Below, piece after piece: positions 20,383 to 30,452 of a stretch of DNA of 44,474 bases (position 1 is the first letter of the stretch; every line of letters begins with the position of its first letter). The stretch covers positions 1 through 44,474 of the forward strand of contig CAZXZQ010000001.1 of assembly GCA_964645215.1 (NCBI GenBank), read 5' to 3'. Both the position numbers and the translations under genes were made by a program. The stretch comes from an uncultured Rhizobiaceae bacterium (GTDB taxonomy: Bacteria; Pseudomonadota; Alphaproteobacteria; Rhizobiales; Rhizobiaceae). Below the pieces are notes generated by a model. That model was not told the DNA's origin and ran no database searches. It saw nothing but the letters and a program-made list of their open reading frames with translations.

Positions 20383-20796
20383 TTATAACTTGTTGATTAG
20401 ATTGCCATCTGCATCAAATTTTTCCCAAACCACGGTTGTTTTATATTCTGGTGTTTGAGCTTTAATACTACCTGTGGGCCTATAATCTATTGCTGTTTGC
20501 TCATTATTGGTTTTGTCACCAGCCTGAACATCATCGGCGTTCAGTTCAGTAATACGCTGGCTTTCAATTTCAGACGTTTCTTCCTCAAGTACTTTTTTCT
20601 CTACCTCAGGCTTTGTTTCAGTAATTGATGGTTCTTTATCATAATCGATAGAGGGTCTGATCGCTCCAATTTTTTCAGCGGCCTGCTTGGCTGCAGCTTC
20701 TGCGACTGATTTGTCATACTGTACCTCAGTTGCAAATGTTGACCCACACGCCATTAAGAATATTGATGTACTGGTAATTAGTTTCAAATTTTTCAC
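20383..20796 (-). CDS. acidic lipoprotein, function unknown
   Basis: From the GTG at 20796 the product begins (M)KNLKLITSTSIFLMAC, with a lipobox (L-M-A-C). The mature part is Glu/Lys-rich. The track ORF starts at a TTG at 20817. Confidence 0.5.
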   Translation of the reverse strand: MKNLKLITSTSIFLMACGSTFATEVQYDKSVAEAAAKQAAEKIGAIRPSIDYDKEPSITETKPEVEKKVLEEETSEIESQRITELNADDVQAGDKTNNEQTAIDYRPTGSIKAQTPEYKTTVVWEKFDADGNLINKL

Positions 20797-20891
20797 GTCC
20801 GTCACCCTGATACGCAATTACTATTGGCGTCATTGTCCCATAATGGGGTTATTGAACCGGAAACGAACTTGGTTACTAGAGGTTTAATTTT

Positions 20892-21488
20892 CTACGAGTT
20901 ACTGGAAAGCCTACGCAACTTTGCAAGGGCTGTTTCGTCGCTCTCAGAATGCGAGATTGTGCCTTGAAATGAACCATTTGCACGGATGAGAAGGATTTGT
21001 GCAGAATGATCCATCGTATAATCATCATCTCCCAAATCCACCTTATCAAAATAGATTTTGTAAGATTTCAACATGTCCCAAACTTTTTGAGGTTCGCCTG
21101 TAATGCCGGTTACATGTGGGCTGATTGAGGTGACATAATCATTTAAAACTTCTGCCGTATCGCGTTCAGGATCAACAGAGACAAAATAGAAATCAAGTTT
21201 CTCAGCATCAGCGCCAAGTTCGTTCATCCAGCCATGCGCTTGAACAAGTTTAGCAGGACAAATGTCAGGGCAATGGGTAAAGCCAAAAAAGATTGCATGA
21301 TTGCGCCCTTTTAACGTGGCGTCTGAAATAGCTTGTCCATCATGGCGCACAAGATCAAACGGCGCGCCAAATATTTGATCACTTTGTTGGGCAAGTTCCA
21401 GTTGGCCTGACTTATAATAATGCTGGTATCCGAAAAAAGCTCCGGCCACCAAAACCATACACCACAGAATAACTCTGATCGCTTTCAT
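20892..21488 (-). CDS. SCO family copper chaperone / thiol-disulfide protein (Sco1/SenC)
   Basis: It has a TM anchor and the CxxxC motif in FGFTHCPDICP, with a conserved His further on (DHSAQILL). The ATG at 21488 follows GGAGAG. Confidence 0.85.
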   Translation of the reverse strand: MKAIRVILWCMVLVAGAFFGYQHYYKSGQLELAQQSDQIFGAPFDLVRHDGQAISDATLKGRNHAIFFGFTHCPDICPAKLVQAHGWMNELGADAEKLDFYFVSVDPERDTAEVLNDYVTSISPHVTGITGEPQKVWDMLKSYKIYFDKVDLGDDDYTMDHSAQILLIRANGSFQGTISHSESDETALAKLRRLSSNS

Positions 21489-21578
21489 GATACTCTCCAA
21501 ATTAGATAACCAGAAAATAGTGTGTTAACAGCATAATTCAAATCACCATCACGTTAATCAGCTGCGACAGATGATCGC

Positions 21579-21824
21579 CTATTCAGGGTCAAGTGGTTCC
21601 GTACCGTTTGGATTGCCAGATGCATCAAGCCTAATTTTCTCAACTTTGTCTTCGGCAACTTTTAATAGTTTGCGACAATGGTCACGCAATGCTTCGCCAC
21701 GCTCGTAATGAGCAATGGATTTATCCAATGCGACATTGCCTTGTTCAAGGCTTTCAACAATGGTTTCCAATTGCTCAAGCGCTTGCTCAAATGTCATATC
21801 TTTAATGTCATTATTCTCGCTCAT
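21579..21824 (-). CDS. xseB: exodeoxyribonuclease VII small subunit
   Basis: 81 aa. [37 protein letters not shown] is typical of XseB. Confidence 0.9.
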   Translation of the reverse strand: MSENNDIKDMTFEQALEQLETIVESLEQGNVALDKSIAHYERGEALRDHCRKLLKVAEDKVEKIRLDASGNPNGTEPLDPE

Positions 21825-21837
21825 CGCAATCTTCCTA

Positions 21838-22764
21838 TTAGCCGTTCATCAAACGTTTTACGTGGGCTGAGGCTGATAGGGCCAAGCCTTCAAGATCATA
21901 GCCGCCTTCAAGTAAGCTGACCAGCCGATTGTTACAATATTGCCCGGATATTTCCATTAGCTTACCCGTTACCCAGTCAAAATCATCTTCTACCAGATTT
22001 AACCCTGCAAGCGGGTCACGATGATGCGCATCAAAGCCTGCAGAAATCATAAGAAAATCTGGTGCAAAGTTTTCAACAGCAGGTAGAATGCGCTCGCGGA
22101 ATGCTTCTTTAAATTTTGAACCGTCATCACCTTCTGACAAGGGAGCGTTAAAGATATTGCCAGCACCTGTTTCATTTAAAGCACCACTGCCGGGGTAAAG
22201 CGGCATCTGATGGCTTGATGCAAATAGTACACTTGGATCATCATAAAAAATATCTTGCGTGCCATTACCGTGATGTACATCAAAATCAACAATCGCGACT
22301 CGCTCAGCGCCATATTTTTCCTGCGCATATCTGGCCGCGATAGCGATGTTGTTTACAAGGCAAAAGCCCATTGCAGTTGTTTTTTCTGCGTGGTGCCCGG
22401 GCGGGCGCATGGAAACAAATGCATTATCACACGTGCCTTCAAAAACGCTGTCTACGGCATCCATCGAAGCACCAGTAACGCGTTTAACGACTTCCCAACT
22501 TTTAGGGCTAGCACTGGTATCTGCATCAACAACCGTCAAACCCTCGGTTGGGATTTTGCTTTCAATCTTTTCTAAAAAATCTTTTGGATGCGCAAGTTCA
22601 TAATATGCTGCGTCACCAATTGGTGCTTCAATACGTTCAAGTGCATCAAACTCTGGCTTGGCGAATACCTCATCCAGTGCGCGAATTCTATCCGGTCGCT
22701 CAGGATGTCCAGGTGGTGTTAAATGCTCAACGCATAATGGGTGGGTGTATAGTCTTGTTGTCAT
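21838..22764 (-). CDS. histone deacetylase family protein (acetylpolyamine/acetoin-utilisation type)
   Basis: 308 aa with HDAC motifs ([29 protein letters not shown]). Confidence 0.85.
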   Translation of the reverse strand: MTTRLYTHPLCVEHLTPPGHPERPDRIRALDEVFAKPEFDALERIEAPIGDAAYYELAHPKDFLEKIESKIPTEGLTVVDADTSASPKSWEVVKRVTGASMDAVDSVFEGTCDNAFVSMRPPGHHAEKTTAMGFCLVNNIAIAARYAQEKYGAERVAIVDFDVHHGNGTQDIFYDDPSVLFASSHQMPLYPGSGALNETGAGNIFNAPLSEGDDGSKFKEAFRERILPAVENFAPDFLMISAGFDAHHRDPLAGLNLVEDDFDWVTGKLMEISGQYCNNRLVSLLEGGYDLEGLALSASAHVKRLMNG

Positions 22765-23735
22765 TATTGTGGTCTTGAAATTTTATAAATCTTGCCATCA
22801 TCAAGACCTACGGTGATGTTTAAGTCTTCGCCATTGCCTTCTGCCAAAATGGCTCGGTTAACACGTGCGGGTAGGTCAATGCGCGAAAGTAACTGCAACT
22901 GGTTTGGTCGCAGTGAAACGATGAAAACCGTTGAGCGATCTAAACTTGGTAAAATAAGATCTGGATTTCTGTCATTATCCACAAATGCGGTTGCAGATAA
23001 ACGCAACTCGCCTGAACCGATTTGATGATTGGAAAAGCCAGGCACATTCCCGGGTGTTGTTAATTCTGAGCTGTTAGCGCTAAAGGCATAGAGTTTGAAA
23101 AGGCCTGCCAAATGCGGTGTCTCAACAATCGCGATTTCCTTGTTAGGTCTGCCAGAATAATTATCAATGCCTGCAATATTGAGCCAGCGGTTTCCACGTC
23201 CGATAAAAGGCGATTGCGCAAGTTTGATAAAAGCGTTGCCGTTTAACCCAAATACTGCGACCGATGCACCTTCACCTTGTGCCGATAAAATGGTGATGAC
23301 TTCCGTTGTTCCATTGCCGTCAAGGTCAGCAAGGCGAGGTGTAATGTCTTCAAACACTTCAGTGCGGGGTAGGCGGAATGTGAAGTTCTCACCACGATTA
23401 TTAATCACCTTAAGTGAGCCTGCTTCAATAGCATCGCCTAAAACGCCGTGACGATAACGAGCAGTCGGCTCGTTATAATATGCCATGACAATATCTTGCT
23501 CTGTTTCTGGAACTTCAATGCGGCCATCTGGCAGGCCATTTGGTGCTACTTCGCGTTTGTCAGGAACAATAATTTCTGGCACCGAACCATCGGTAATTTC
23601 TTCAACTACCCATCCACCTGGCAAAGTAGGGGTTTGGCGATCAATAGGCAAACCGGTACGCGATGTGCTCAGTGTTTGTGCTGCAACTGGAATTATAAAT
23701 GCTAACGCAAGAAGTCCCCATGCCAATCGTTTCAT
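22764..23735 (-). CDS. secreted protein with FG-GAP/VCBS-like repeats
   Basis: 323 aa with a signal peptide (MKRLAWGLLALAFIIPVAAQ) and Ca-binding-like DxDGNG repeats (ADLDGNGTTEVI, VDNDRNPDLI). TAATG links it to the downstream HDAC gene. Confidence 0.55.
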   Translation of the reverse strand: MKRLAWGLLALAFIIPVAAQTLSTSRTGLPIDRQTPTLPGGWVVEEITDGSVPEIIVPDKREVAPNGLPDGRIEVPETEQDIVMAYYNEPTARYRHGVLGDAIEAGSLKVINNRGENFTFRLPRTEVFEDITPRLADLDGNGTTEVITILSAQGEGASVAVFGLNGNAFIKLAQSPFIGRGNRWLNIAGIDNYSGRPNKEIAIVETPHLAGLFKLYAFSANSSELTTPGNVPGFSNHQIGSGELRLSATAFVDNDRNPDLILPSLDRSTVFIVSLRPNQLQLLSRIDLPARVNRAILAEGNGEDLNITVGLDDGKIYKISRPQ

Positions 23736-23738
23736 GAT

Positions 23739-24851
23739 TTATGCCTCGTCTGTCAATGTTTCCGTAATCTCTATACCAAAGCCTTCAAGCCCGACGTAAT
23801 GGCGTTCTCTTGAAGCATATAGCTTTATTGATTCAACGCCAAGATCGCGAAGGATTTGTGCGCCGAGACCAATCTCTAACCATTCATCTTCGCGAGACTG
23901 GGCTGTTTCATGTGTTTCGCGATCACTTGCTGCGAGGCTTTCACGCCAATCATGATCACTTGCAACGCCAACGGAGCCTTCACGCAAATAAACAATGATT
24001 CCTCTGCCGTCCTTTGCCATTTTTTCAAGCATGTTTGGCAATTGGTTCGAGCCACCAAATGCATCATTGATAACTGATTCAATTTGTAAGCGAACCGGAA
24101 CATCCTGCCCATCGCGCACATCACCAAACACAACTGCTAAATGGTTCATTGGGTCCCATTTTGTTCTGTAGGTAAAGGCTTGTGCCTCGCCAGCTGATGT
24201 TTCAATTGGAAAACTATGTAGCCGCTCGATAAGGCTTTCTTGGCGCTGGCGGTATGAGATGAGATCTGCCACCGAAACCATTTTAAGATCATTCGTTTCA
24301 GCGAATTGAGTGACCTGTGGTCCGCGCATAACGGTTCCATCATCATTCACGAGTTCTGAGATCACGCCCACTTCAGGAAGCTCAGCCAGCTTGCACAAGT
24401 CTACAGCGGCTTCCGTATGGCCAGAGCGCATCAGAACGCCGCCTTCTTTTGCAACAAGCGGGAAGATATGGCCCGGCCTTGAAAAGTCCTGCGCGCCAGA
24501 GTTTGGGTTAGCAAGCCCACGAACTGTCGACGTGCGATCATCCGCCGAAATGCCAGTTGTTGTGCCATGCTTATAATCTACTGACACAGTAAATGCGGTC
24601 GCATGCGGGTCGTCGTTATTGGAAACCATCGGATTAAGATTAAGGCGATTGGCTTCTTCGCCGGTCATCGGCGCACATACAATGCCAGAGGTATGGCGCA
24701 CGATAAACGCCATTTTTTCTGCCGTGCAATGAACAGCTGCAACGATTAGATCACCTTCGTTCTCGCGGTCATCATCATCCATCACAACAACGATTTCACC
24801 GTTCTCAAAAGCACGGATTGCCTCAACTATTTTTTGCTGGTCGTAACTCAT
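23739..24851 (-). CDS. ribB: 3,4-dihydroxy-2-butanone-4-phosphate synthase fused to a GTP cyclohydrolase II-like domain (RibBX type)
   Basis: 370 aa. The N-terminal RibB domain has DRENEGDL, RHTSGIVC and SGHTEA. The C-terminal domain aligns to RibA in length but lacks the Cys ligands of the RibA zinc site (it reads VRLQIESVINDAFGG). Confidence 0.88.
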   Translation of the reverse strand: MSYDQQKIVEAIRAFENGEIVVVMDDDDRENEGDLIVAAVHCTAEKMAFIVRHTSGIVCAPMTGEEANRLNLNPMVSNNDDPHATAFTVSVDYKHGTTTGISADDRTSTVRGLANPNSGAQDFSRPGHIFPLVAKEGGVLMRSGHTEAAVDLCKLAELPEVGVISELVNDDGTVMRGPQVTQFAETNDLKMVSVADLISYRQRQESLIERLHSFPIETSAGEAQAFTYRTKWDPMNHLAVVFGDVRDGQDVPVRLQIESVINDAFGGSNQLPNMLEKMAKDGRGIIVYLREGSVGVASDHDWRESLAASDRETHETAQSREDEWLEIGLGAQILRDLGVESIKLYASRERHYVGLEGFGIEITETLTDEA

Positions 24852-24855
24852 AAAC

Positions 24856-25953
24856 TTATACTTTCCCCGTTTGCCCGCGGTGCATCAAATAATGGTCAGC
24901 AACAGCGCATGCAACCATGGCTTCCCCAATCGGGACAGCACGAATGCCAACACATGGGTCATGTCTGCCTTTGGTAACAACATCAACTTCTTCGCCTTTA
25001 GCCGTTACCCCTTTGCGTGGTGTTAGCATGGAAGATGTTGGCTTAACTGCAAAACGCGCGATAACATCTTGCCCGGTGGAGATGCCGCCCAAAATCCCAC
25101 CCGCTTGATTGGAGAGAAACTCAACTTCACTATTTTTACCCATACGCATTTCGTCGGCGTTCTCAACACCGGTAATGCGTGCGGCTTCAAACCCATTGCC
25201 AATCTCAACACCTTTAACGGCATTAATCGACATGAGGTAGGATGTGATTTCTTGATCAAGCTTTGCATACACTGGTGCGCCCAGTCCCGCTGGCACCCCT
25301 GTTGCAACAACCTCAACGATAGCACCCACGGAGGAGCCATCCTTGCGAATACCATCCAGATATTCTGCCCATTCATCGACAACATTTGCATCAGGACAGA
25401 AGAACGGATTTTCATTCACTGCGTCCCAACTCCAATTGTCGGGGTTGATGGTTTTCTCACCCATTTGAACCATAGCGGCTCTGACCTGCATTCCCGGCAC
25501 TACTTTTCGTGCCAAGCTGCCTGCAGCAACACGTGCTGCTGTTTCTCGTGCAGACGAACGCCCGCCGCCGCGATAGTCGCGAATGCCGTATTTAAGATCA
25601 TAGGTATAATCCGCATGGCCCGGACGATAACGATCTTTGATCTCGCCATAGTCTTTTGAACGTTGGTCCGTATTGCGGATCATCATGGAAATTGGTGTGC
25701 CAGTCGTGATCAAAATTTCACTGTTGTCGTCTTTCGGCATCACGCCAGATAAAACTTCAACAGCATCCGGTTCGCGGCGCTGCGTTGTAAACTTGGATTG
25801 TCCGGGCTTACGTTTGTCGAGGTAAGCTTGAATTTCTGCAAGCGTAAATTCAATGCCGGGAGGGCAGCCATCAACCACACAGCCAAGCGCTGGTCCGTGG
25901 CTTTCGCCCCAGGTCATGACCCTGAACAAATGTCCAAATGAATTGAATGACAT
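24856..25953 (-). CDS. aroC: chorismate synthase
   Basis: 365 aa with [33 protein letters not shown] and [10 protein letters not shown]. Confidence 0.97.
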   Translation of the reverse strand: MSFNSFGHLFRVMTWGESHGPALGCVVDGCPPGIEFTLAEIQAYLDKRKPGQSKFTTQRREPDAVEVLSGVMPKDDNSEILITTGTPISMMIRNTDQRSKDYGEIKDRYRPGHADYTYDLKYGIRDYRGGGRSSARETAARVAAGSLARKVVPGMQVRAAMVQMGEKTINPDNWSWDAVNENPFFCPDANVVDEWAEYLDGIRKDGSSVGAIVEVVATGVPAGLGAPVYAKLDQEITSYLMSINAVKGVEIGNGFEAARITGVENADEMRMGKNSEVEFLSNQAGGILGGISTGQDVIARFAVKPTSSMLTPRKGVTAKGEEVDVVTKGRHDPCVGIRAVPIGEAMVACAVADHYLMHRGQTGKV

Positions 25954-26027
25954 ATATATTACCCGACTTCTTGGAAATACCTGTAAACTTGCTGATGTTT
26001 GTAGAGCAAATTTGCCTGCTTGAAAAG

Positions 26028-26630
26028 TTAGCTTGTCGCTGCAAAGCGTTTTTCAACGCCGTTTTCAAACCGAAAAACTTCATTTTGTGGAAAGGCAAAC
26101 TTGGCTGCCTCCATTTCTTGCAAATCAAGCAGGATATAGCGCAGCACACGACCAACAGCGCCATGGCCTGTTACGATATATTTGCGGCCATCTTCTAAAG
26201 ACGAATACCAGTCTTTAATGCGTGGGATCGTGTCCACATGGCTCTCTCCATTTTGTGGTCTAAAGGTCCACGCATTTTGTTTGCGATAATAATATAATTC
26301 GCGGTCGCGCTCTTTAAGGTCTGCCTGTGTTGTGCCTTCAAAATCACCATATGAAATTTCGATTAAGCGATCATCCATTTCATATGTACTTTTCTCTAAG
26401 CCCATTGCTTCGCGCACAAGTTCCATTGTGTTGCGTGTGCGACCAAGCGGGCTTGATATAAATGTATGATCTTCAGCTTTGCCAAGATGGCGAGAAAGTG
26501 TTTCGCCATTTGCTGTTGCTTGTGCGCGACCTTTATCATTTAGCGGAATATCTCTTTGGCCTTGAAATCGCAGTTCCGCATTCCAGTCTGTCTGGCCATG
26601 ACGGATATAATAAACGACAGGTGAAGCCAT
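26028..26630 (-). CDS. histidine phosphatase (phosphoglycerate mutase-like) family protein
   Basis: [11 protein letters not shown] catalytic motif with a later HG (VTGHGAVGR). The start ATG at 26630 places RHG about 10 residues in. The track start at 26678 would overlap fabI. Confidence 0.8.
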   Translation of the reverse strand: MASPVVYYIRHGQTDWNAELRFQGQRDIPLNDKGRAQATANGETLSRHLGKAEDHTFISSPLGRTRNTMELVREAMGLEKSTYEMDDRLIEISYGDFEGTTQADLKERDRELYYYRKQNAWTFRPQNGESHVDTIPRIKDWYSSLEDGRKYIVTGHGAVGRVLRYILLDLQEMEAAKFAFPQNEVFRFENGVEKRFAATS

Positions 26631-26640
26631 ATGCGAAGTA

Positions 26641-27462
26641 CTATTTGTCCTTAACAACTGAAATATCTGGCGCATCAACTGCTTTCATACCAACCGTGTG
26701 GTAGCCAGAATCTACATGATGCACTTCACCAGTTACACCGCGTGACATATCTGAAAGAAGGTAAAGCGTAGAATCGCCAACTTCATCGATTGTCACTGTG
26801 CGTTTAAGCGGTGAATTATATTCGTTCCATTTCAAGATATAGCGAAAGTCACCAATGCCAGAAGCCGCTAGCGTCTTGATCGGCCCTGCAGAAACCGCAT
26901 TCACCCGAATATTTTTATTGCCCAAATCAACTGCCAGATATTTAACAGAGGCTTCAAGGGCAGCTTTAGCAACGCCCATGACGTTGTAATGCGGCATGAC
27001 TTTTTCTGCGCCGTAATAGGTCAGCGTGACCATTGAGCCGCCATCTGTCATTAGTTTTTCAGCACGTTGTGCAATAGCAGTGAACGAATAAACCGAGATA
27101 TCCATTGTCTTGTTGAAATTATCTGCCGTCGTATCAACATAGCGCCCAGTAAGTTCGTCTTTATCGGAAAAGGCGATTGCGTGAACAAGAAAGTCTAACT
27201 TGCCCCATTTTTCTTCTAAGGTTTTGAAGACTGCATCAATTGAAGCAGCGTCAGTGACATCACATTCACCGGCTACAATAGCGCCTAAATCTTCGGCCAA
27301 TGGCTCAACGCGTTTTTTCAGCGCGTCACCTTGATACGTAAGGGCTAATTCAGCGCCTGCATCTGCACATGCTTTTGCAATACCCCAAGCGATAGAACGG
27401 TTGTTTGCAACGCCCATAACCAGCCCACGTTTGCCAGCCATAAGTCCGTTGGTACCAGTCAT
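26641..27462 (-). CDS. fabI: enoyl-[acyl-carrier-protein] reductase (NADH)
   Basis: GKRGLVMGVANNRSIAWGIA and the Y-x6-K region (YNVMGVAKAALEASVKYLA). The ATG at 27462 lies 5 nt after GGAGAA. Confidence 0.93.
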   Translation of the reverse strand: MTGTNGLMAGKRGLVMGVANNRSIAWGIAKACADAGAELALTYQGDALKKRVEPLAEDLGAIVAGECDVTDAASIDAVFKTLEEKWGKLDFLVHAIAFSDKDELTGRYVDTTADNFNKTMDISVYSFTAIAQRAEKLMTDGGSMVTLTYYGAEKVMPHYNVMGVAKAALEASVKYLAVDLGNKNIRVNAVSAGPIKTLAASGIGDFRYILKWNEYNSPLKRTVTIDEVGDSTLYLLSDMSRGVTGEVHHVDSGYHTVGMKAVDAPDISVVKDK

Positions 27463-27596
27463 CCGGTTTCTCCAATTGCAATGATGCATTTAAGTGTTGA
27501 GTTTATAGTGAGTTTCTTGGCAATAACCAACCCCCAAGGCACACACAATCTGGGGTTTTGCATACAAACATGCGGTCTGCAAGGGGCTTTGCCAGA

Positions 27597-28508
27597 TCAG
27601 CTTTGTTTTGTTTTGAAAAATTCAGCCAATTCTCCAAGATTATCCTCAGGCAATTGTATGCTTGATGAAACCAGAAGGTCGCCAAATCCGCCGCCTTTTT
27701 TAGGCAAGCCTTTGCCTTTCAAGCGGAAAGTCTGTCCGGAATTTGTCTTGGCAGGAATATTCAGCGCTAATTTGCCATCCATGGTTGAAACCGCCACTTT
27801 TCCTCCTAAAACGGCTGTTTCTAGGGGGACGTCAATATCTCGGCGCAGATCAATTCCATCCACGCGGAAGGTTGCATCCGTCTTAAATACTAATGTCACA
27901 AGCGCATCACCGGGTCTGGCACCCGGGGCTTTTTTACCCTGACCTTTAAGGCGGATCACTTGTCTATTTTCTGCTTCTGGTGGAATAGAAATCGACATTT
28001 GCTTGCCGTCAGGCATGCGCACAGCAGTCTTTCCTCGCATCAGATCACTTATTGTAACAGCAGCTTTCATTTCCAAATCTGAAGAAGGTGCTTGCCCGCG
28101 TCCACCGCCTTGCATATTGGCAAAGGGATCTCGGCTCGATCTTTGTTGTTGGGCTCCGCCAAAGGCTGATCCAAATATCTCACTGAATATATCGCCCGCA
28201 TCTCCCATGCCGCCGCCAAAGGGGTTGCCGCCTTGTGGTCTGCCTCTACGCTGGGCACCAAACGGATTACCGCCCGCAAATTTTTCTTTGCCTTCGTCAT
28301 CAAGCTCGCCACGGTCATATTGGGCGCGCTTGGTTTTATCACCAACAATTTCATATGCCTGATTAATTTCAGCAAACTTTGCTTGCGCGTTTGCATTGTC
28401 CTGATTTTGGTCAGGATGATATTTCATCGCAAGCTTGCGAAAGGCCGATTTAATAGCCTTTTCGTCAGCGTTTTTTTGAACACCTAAGACGGAATATGGA
28501 TTTGCCAT
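27597..28508 (-). CDS. DnaJ-family co-chaperone lacking the zinc finger (CbpA-like)
   Basis: 303 aa with a J domain (YSVLGVQKNADEKAIKSAFRKLAMKYHPDQN), a Gly-rich linker and DnaJ C-terminal beta domains. There is no CxxCxGxG repeat. Confidence 0.85.
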   Translation of the reverse strand: MANPYSVLGVQKNADEKAIKSAFRKLAMKYHPDQNQDNANAQAKFAEINQAYEIVGDKTKRAQYDRGELDDEGKEKFAGGNPFGAQRRGRPQGGNPFGGGMGDAGDIFSEIFGSAFGGAQQQRSSRDPFANMQGGGRGQAPSSDLEMKAAVTISDLMRGKTAVRMPDGKQMSISIPPEAENRQVIRLKGQGKKAPGARPGDALVTLVFKTDATFRVDGIDLRRDIDVPLETAVLGGKVAVSTMDGKLALNIPAKTNSGQTFRLKGKGLPKKGGGFGDLLVSSSIQLPEDNLGELAEFFKTKQS

Positions 28509-28578
28509 AAATATAAATAACTCTGATTATGTCATTGTCAGAGCCTATATGGGGAATTTTATTGGGAAAATAAAGGGC

Positions 28579-29064
28579 TTATGCGCCGTCTTTGAGGAAC
28601 CAAGATAGAACCCAGAAGCCAGTCTTCAGTTCACAGGTCTCACCATTATAGATGGAAATGCCCATAAACGTATCAACGGTTGTCTGAAATTTTTTACATT
28701 TTTGGCCGTGACTACCAACAAATTTATCAATCGCGGTGATTGTGCCTTTATTGCCTGTCTCAGGGTTTGCCCATGCAAGCGCATTCGTTGCTTCAGCGTC
28801 TGCTACTGCCGATTTGATGATTTCCGCATCTGCCGTATCAATGCCTTGCGGCTGCGTATTCTGTGTCACGGATGATGTAATAACTGTGTCTTCTGTTGCC
28901 AGTGAATCAAGGCTAGAAGATACAGAACATGCTGAAAGTGTAATAACCGCAGCAGAAATAGCTAAAGCTTGCCCAATGCGTGTAACACGCTTGGTAGACT
29001 GCTCAATATGCAATTTGTCAGAGGGTTTTACTTTTTGACCTGCATTACGCTTCATTATACACAT
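28579..29064 (-). CDS. surface-antigen-like lipoprotein (possibly the RT0821/Lpp0805-type family)
   Basis: It has a lipobox (ITLSAC) and a C-terminal Cys pair with aromatic residues (GQKCKKFQTTV...YNGETCELKTGFW), as in small alphaproteobacterial surface-antigen proteins. The family name is from memory. Confidence 0.5.
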   Translation of the reverse strand: MCIMKRNAGQKVKPSDKLHIEQSTKRVTRIGQALAISAAVITLSACSVSSSLDSLATEDTVITSSVTQNTQPQGIDTADAEIIKSAVADAEATNALAWANPETGNKGTITAIDKFVGSHGQKCKKFQTTVDTFMGISIYNGETCELKTGFWVLSWFLKDGA

Positions 29065-29099
29065 TTACCTAACTCAATACTTTTAAGGACGAACCTGAG

Positions 29100-29741
29100 A
29101 TGGATGATCACGCATCAGCGTTAACAATTGGTGACCAGATTGATAATAATTTGAAAAACATCGTTAAACCTTTAGAAATGTTTAATGAATGGTTAAAAGC
29201 CGCTGAACAAAGCGAGCCAAATGATCCATCTGCGATGTCCGTTGCATCTGTAGATAATTCAGGCATGCCAAATGTGCGTATCGTGTTAATGCGGCGATAT
29301 GATGAGCGCGGCTTTGCCTTTTTCACAAATTTTGAAAGCCAAAAGGGCGAAGAGCTTTTAGCGCAAAAGAAAGCCGCTGCGGTGTTCCACTGGAAAAGCT
29401 TACGTAAACAAGTGCGTATTCGGGGTGAGGTGGAGGTTGTAACGGACGAAGAGGCCGACGAATATTTCTTCTCTCGTCACCGGGGTTCGCGTATCGCATC
29501 TACTGCGTCTCAGCAGTCTAAACCGCTCACAAGCCGTGCTCAACTGCAAGAAGAGGTCGCAGAACTTTCAGCTAAATTTGGTACAGGTGATATTCCAAGA
29601 CCAGATCATTGGTCCGGCTTCCGCATCAAACCGCATTCAATTGAATTTTGGAATGATGGTGAGTTCAGACTTCATGACCGCATCCGCTTTGACCGTGATA
29701 CGCTAACAAGCGAGTGGCGTGTGGAAAGGTTATATCCTTGA
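29100..29741 (+). CDS. pdxH: pyridoxamine 5'-phosphate oxidase
   Basis: 213 aa with RIVLMRRYDERGFAFFTNFESQKG, HW...QVRIRG, IEFWNDGEFRLHDR and a C-terminal RLYP. Confidence 0.93.
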   Translation: MDDHASALTIGDQIDNNLKNIVKPLEMFNEWLKAAEQSEPNDPSAMSVASVDNSGMPNVRIVLMRRYDERGFAFFTNFESQKGEELLAQKKAAAVFHWKSLRKQVRIRGEVEVVTDEEADEYFFSRHRGSRIASTASQQSKPLTSRAQLQEEVAELSAKFGTGDIPRPDHWSGFRIKPHSIEFWNDGEFRLHDRIRFDRDTLTSEWRVERLYP

Positions 29742-29796
29742 TTCTGTCAGAGTGAATAGTGGGTTTATGGGGGCATTATTCAGTCCGCAGATGGAC

Positions 29797-30258
29797 TTAA
29801 ACTATACTAGCTTTGGCCTTGCTGCCAGTTTCTTGACCTAACTTTATATCCTTTGCAATTTGCGAACGTCTCTTTGCATAGTTTCTCGCAACCATAGGAT
29901 AGTCATCAGGTAGGCTCCATCTGGCCCGGTATTCGTTTGGAGACATATTATATTTAGTTCTAAGGTGCCTCTTGAGCGTTTTGAACTTTAGTCCATCTTC
30001 CAAACAGACAATATAATCATCTTGCAAAGACTGCTTTATGGGGACAGCAGGTTTTGAATTGCTTGTGAGCTTGCTGTCTCCATTTTTTCTAGCAGCGATC
30101 AATGCAGCGTCAACATTGCCAATCAAGTTTAATAACTCGGACTTTGATACTGGGTTCTTCTTGATATATGCGCAAACGATTCTGGTCGTGGCTTCCAGCA
30201 AGGGGCTTATCGATGCTTGGTGGTCTATTTCTGATTTGGCTGATGTTTCTTTTTTCAT
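29797..30258 (-). CDS. mucR: MucR/Ros family transcriptional regulator with non-canonical zinc-site residues
   Basis: 153 aa. The N-terminal oligomerisation region (TTRIVCAYIKKNPVSKSELLNLIGNVDAAL) and C-terminal DNA-binding region (YIVCLEDGLKFKTLKRHLRTKYNMSPNEYRARWSLPDDYPMVARNYA) are colinear with Ros/MucR. Confidence 0.88.
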   Translation of the reverse strand: MKKETSAKSEIDHQASISPLLEATTRIVCAYIKKNPVSKSELLNLIGNVDAALIAARKNGDSKLTSNSKPAVPIKQSLQDDYIVCLEDGLKFKTLKRHLRTKYNMSPNEYRARWSLPDDYPMVARNYAKRRSQIAKDIKLGQETGSKAKASIV

Positions 30259-30344
30259 GAATATTCTTTAACAATCGTTTTTGTTGGCCAGAAATTACAA
30301 CTGGTCAGTACACTTTGGTTGGTCTGCTTTGAAGGAATTGCCCA

Positions 30345-30452
30345 TTGACCTAATTTCTTTGAAATAAACCAAACTGTAAACCCAGCGAAAAATTGGGATG
30401 AGTACTATTTATGGGTTAGCTAATTTAGCTTGACCAAATTTCTATAAATAAA
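30345..30452 (+). promoter_or_regulatory. two ~24-nt direct repeats, each starting with TTGACC, plus a 13-bp palindrome in the mucR/luxR-type divergent region
   Basis: R1 at 30345-30368 is TTGACCTAATTTCTTTGAAATAAA. R2 at 30430-30452 is TTGACCAAATTTCTATAAATAAA. They start 85 nt apart on the same strand. The palindrome AGCTAAtTTAGCT (30418-30430) abuts R2. Confidence 0.4.

Noticed and set aside
27481-27942. A 153-aa + strand ORF spanning the fabI/dnaJ-like gap and running antisense to the DnaJ-like gene.
   Set aside because: Its Pro/Ser/Arg-rich low-complexity translation mirrors the Gly-rich linker of the DnaJ-like protein. There is no SD, and the opposite strand is clearly coding.
29742-29796. 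A weak hairpin, AGTCC-gcagat-GGACT, between the convergent pdxH and mucR-like genes, considered as a possible terminator.
   Set aside because: The stem has only 5 bp and no U-tract on either strand, which is too weak to call.
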